From the IMG/VR virus record IMGVR_UViG_3300023184_000072, positions 1-64,000 of that record: a DNA stretch of 64,000 nt; one strand, written 5' to 3'. Positions 62,460 to 64,000 of the stretch are shown in pieces. Under the pieces are notes generated by a model. The model did not search any database. It was not told the DNA's origin and was given only the letters and a program-made list of their open reading frames with translations. This stretch comes from a virus. Positions within the stretch are counted from its first letter, which is position 1. The number at the start of each line of letters is the position of its first letter. The position numbers and the translations under genes were made by a program.

Positions 62460-64000
62460 TTATAATGCTGTTGTTGTTGTTGTTGTAGTACAAGGTGTAG
62501 AATCTTTAATATATGCATTGCTAAGAACTAATGTTGATGCATTCATACATCCTGTTGGTTCTGTACCTCCTCCTGTAACTGTTCCAGATATAGGAGCTCC
62601 ATTACAATCAAATCCTGTCCAAGACCCTGATGGAGAATTTCCTTGTACTAAATAATTAATACAATCTACAACAGTTGTGGTTGTAGTGGTAGTTATACAA
62701 GAAGGGAAGTCAACAATCACACTATTAATAATTTGAACTACAACCCATATACCATCGTAATCAATTTGGTAATATCCATCAAGTCCTGCTAATGTACATC
62801 CAGTAGATCCTGCATAAGCTACATCGCCTAATTCTGGATATTCCTGATTCCAATGTACTATATAAGATGAGGTTATTGTACAACTAGCATCTTGTAAACA
62901 AGCAGCAGCATCACATGCATCAACTAAGAAACTACCTGAATCAGGAATAGTGTTAGTACCATTCACCACTGTACCAGTAAATGGATGAGGGATAGCAGCA
63001 TTACATGTAGTTGATGTAGTAGTTGTAGATGTTGATGATGTTGATGTGCTAGTTGAACTAGAACTAGTAGTTGTTGTTGATGTACAATCAGGACAATAGT
63101 TTTGAACAAATCCTGTACCAAGAGTTGCAATATTTGTTAATTCAGTATATGCATACAATTTAATTTTAATTTGCCAATATTCAAAAAGAGTGTTGCATTC
63201 AAAATTATCTCTTGTCATTAACATAGGATATTGCCAAGTATATAATCCTGTAGGATATATTTTAAGACTAGGTGCAACAATTGTTCCATTATATTCTATT
63301 TGCAATCCTGCAACAGGTGTAACACTAAAAATTTCTACATATTCAATTTCACTCCATAAAATAGTTGGAATAAACATACCAGTAATAATTTGAGGGGAAG
63401 GAAGAGGATATGAGAATGGATAATCTAATACACTACATCCATCTTCTACAGTAGCTTGATATTCTGATGATATATTACGTATTGGAGGAGGAACTGAAGT
63501 GGTAGTAGTAGATGTAGTAGAACTTGATGTACTAGTTGTTGTTGATGTAGAACTAGTTGTAGTAGATGTTGTTACTGGATCACAATGTCCAACACGACAA
63601 TCTACTCCCACTGTAATTAATACAAGTGGATCACTAGCAAATCCTTGAGATCCACAAATTTTTATAACTTCATTAGAGAATATTTCTACAGGACCACTAG
63701 GATCGTTGTTACAATCTATGTAAGTTATTATATGAGTATCAACATCTCTATTGTTAAATGTTAAACATTCACATGGATATAATACTGTTGTTGTAGATGT
63801 TGTAGTTGAACTACTAGTAGATGTTGTTGTAGAAGTGCCACAAGGACCATTTGGTGTTACAATCACTGTACCTGGAACTGTAAGAGGACTATCTGTTACA
63901 ACACAAATATTTGTGTCTCCTGGTAATAATACAACAGCTTCTTGTAAATGTGTAATACAATCAGTAATAATTATACCTACTGCTATATCTCCTGTATTAT
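62460..64000 (-). CDS. Mucin-like Thr/Ser- and Cys-rich modular protein, 5'-truncated by the window edge
   Basis: Frame stays open from 63866 to the window end (NTGDIAVGIIITDC...); five Thr/Ser runs separate Cys-bounded modules. Confidence 0.75.
   Translation of the reverse strand, partial: NTGDIAVGIIITDCITHLQEAVVLLPGDTNICVVTDSPLTVPGTVIVTPNGPCGTSTTTSTSSSTTTSTTTVLYPCECLTFNNRDVDTHIITYIDCNNDPSGPVEIFSNEVIKICGSQGFASDPLVLITVGVDCRVGHCDPVTTSTTTSSTSTTTSTSSSTTSTTTTSVPPPIRNISSEYQATVEDGCSVLDYPFSYPLPSPQIITGMFIPTILWSEIEYVEIFSVTPVAGLQIEYNGTIVAPSLKIYPTGLYTWQYPMLMTRDNFECNTLFEYWQIKIKLYAYTELTNIATLGTGFVQNYCPDCTSTTTTSSSSTSTSTSSTSTTTTSTTCNAAIPHPFTGTVVNGTNTIPDSGSFLVDACDAAACLQDASCTITSSYIVHWNQEYPELGDVAYAGSTGCTLAGLDGYYQIDYDGIWVVVQIINSVIVDFPSCITTTTTTTVVDCINYLVQGNSPSGSWTGFDCNGAPISGTVTGGGTEPTGCMNASTLVLSNAYIKDSTPCTTTTTTTAL

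Noticed and set aside
1977-63393. Numerous plus-strand ORFs in the track (e.g. 4645-5184, 9006-9212, 14935-15141, 36829-37212, 37570-37983)
   Set aside because: They are antisense shadows of well-supported minus-strand genes; poly-Val products are simply the reverse complement of Thr runs
1-64000. Eukaryotic or giant-virus origin suggested by mucin-like and Cys-rich proteins
   Set aside because: DFDID virion RNAP, holin/endolysin cassette, overlapping operonic genes and Bacteroidota promoters indicate a bacteriophage
1-64000. tRNA, rRNA, integrase or transposase genes
   Set aside because: None recognised; intergenic gaps are short and AT-rich, but a tRNAscan/Infernal run would be needed to exclude small RNAs

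Overview
The window is a segment of a large, AT-rich, gene-dense crAss-like (Crassvirales-related) phage genome. The host is probably Bacteroidota, judged from TTTG-N19-21-TAnnTTT(G/A) promoters and A-rich, SD-less translation starts. Nearly all genes from about 1.8 kb onward are on the minus strand and use standard code 11. In transcription order (right to left): Thr/Cys-rich modular proteins; an HTH-metallophosphoesterase; tail ring, IHF-like and tail-tubular genes; a tail stabilization protein apparently split into three genes; three putative ejected cargo proteins; a 4222-aa virion RNA polymerase (GSDFDIDKL) with zincin and ADP-ribosyltransferase-like domains; a 1688-aa PD-(D/E)XK protein; a lysis cassette; tail-fibre and three Gly-rich adhesin-like genes; two paralog families built as conserved N-terminal peptide + poly-Thr stalk + optional payload, interleaved with a plant HPAT/SERGT-like glycosyltransferase and a trypsin-like protease; a ferritin-like gene; Lys-rich proteins punctuated by K-A-Q-x-G / x-x-G-G motifs; and a sugar-modification cluster. 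Two candidate undescribed systems stand out: (1) a phage-encoded mucin-like virion O-glycosylation/decoration system, and (2) a motif-delimited polyprotein/cargo system shared by small basic proteins and large ejected proteins. All family assignments come from motif recognition by eye; no searches were run.
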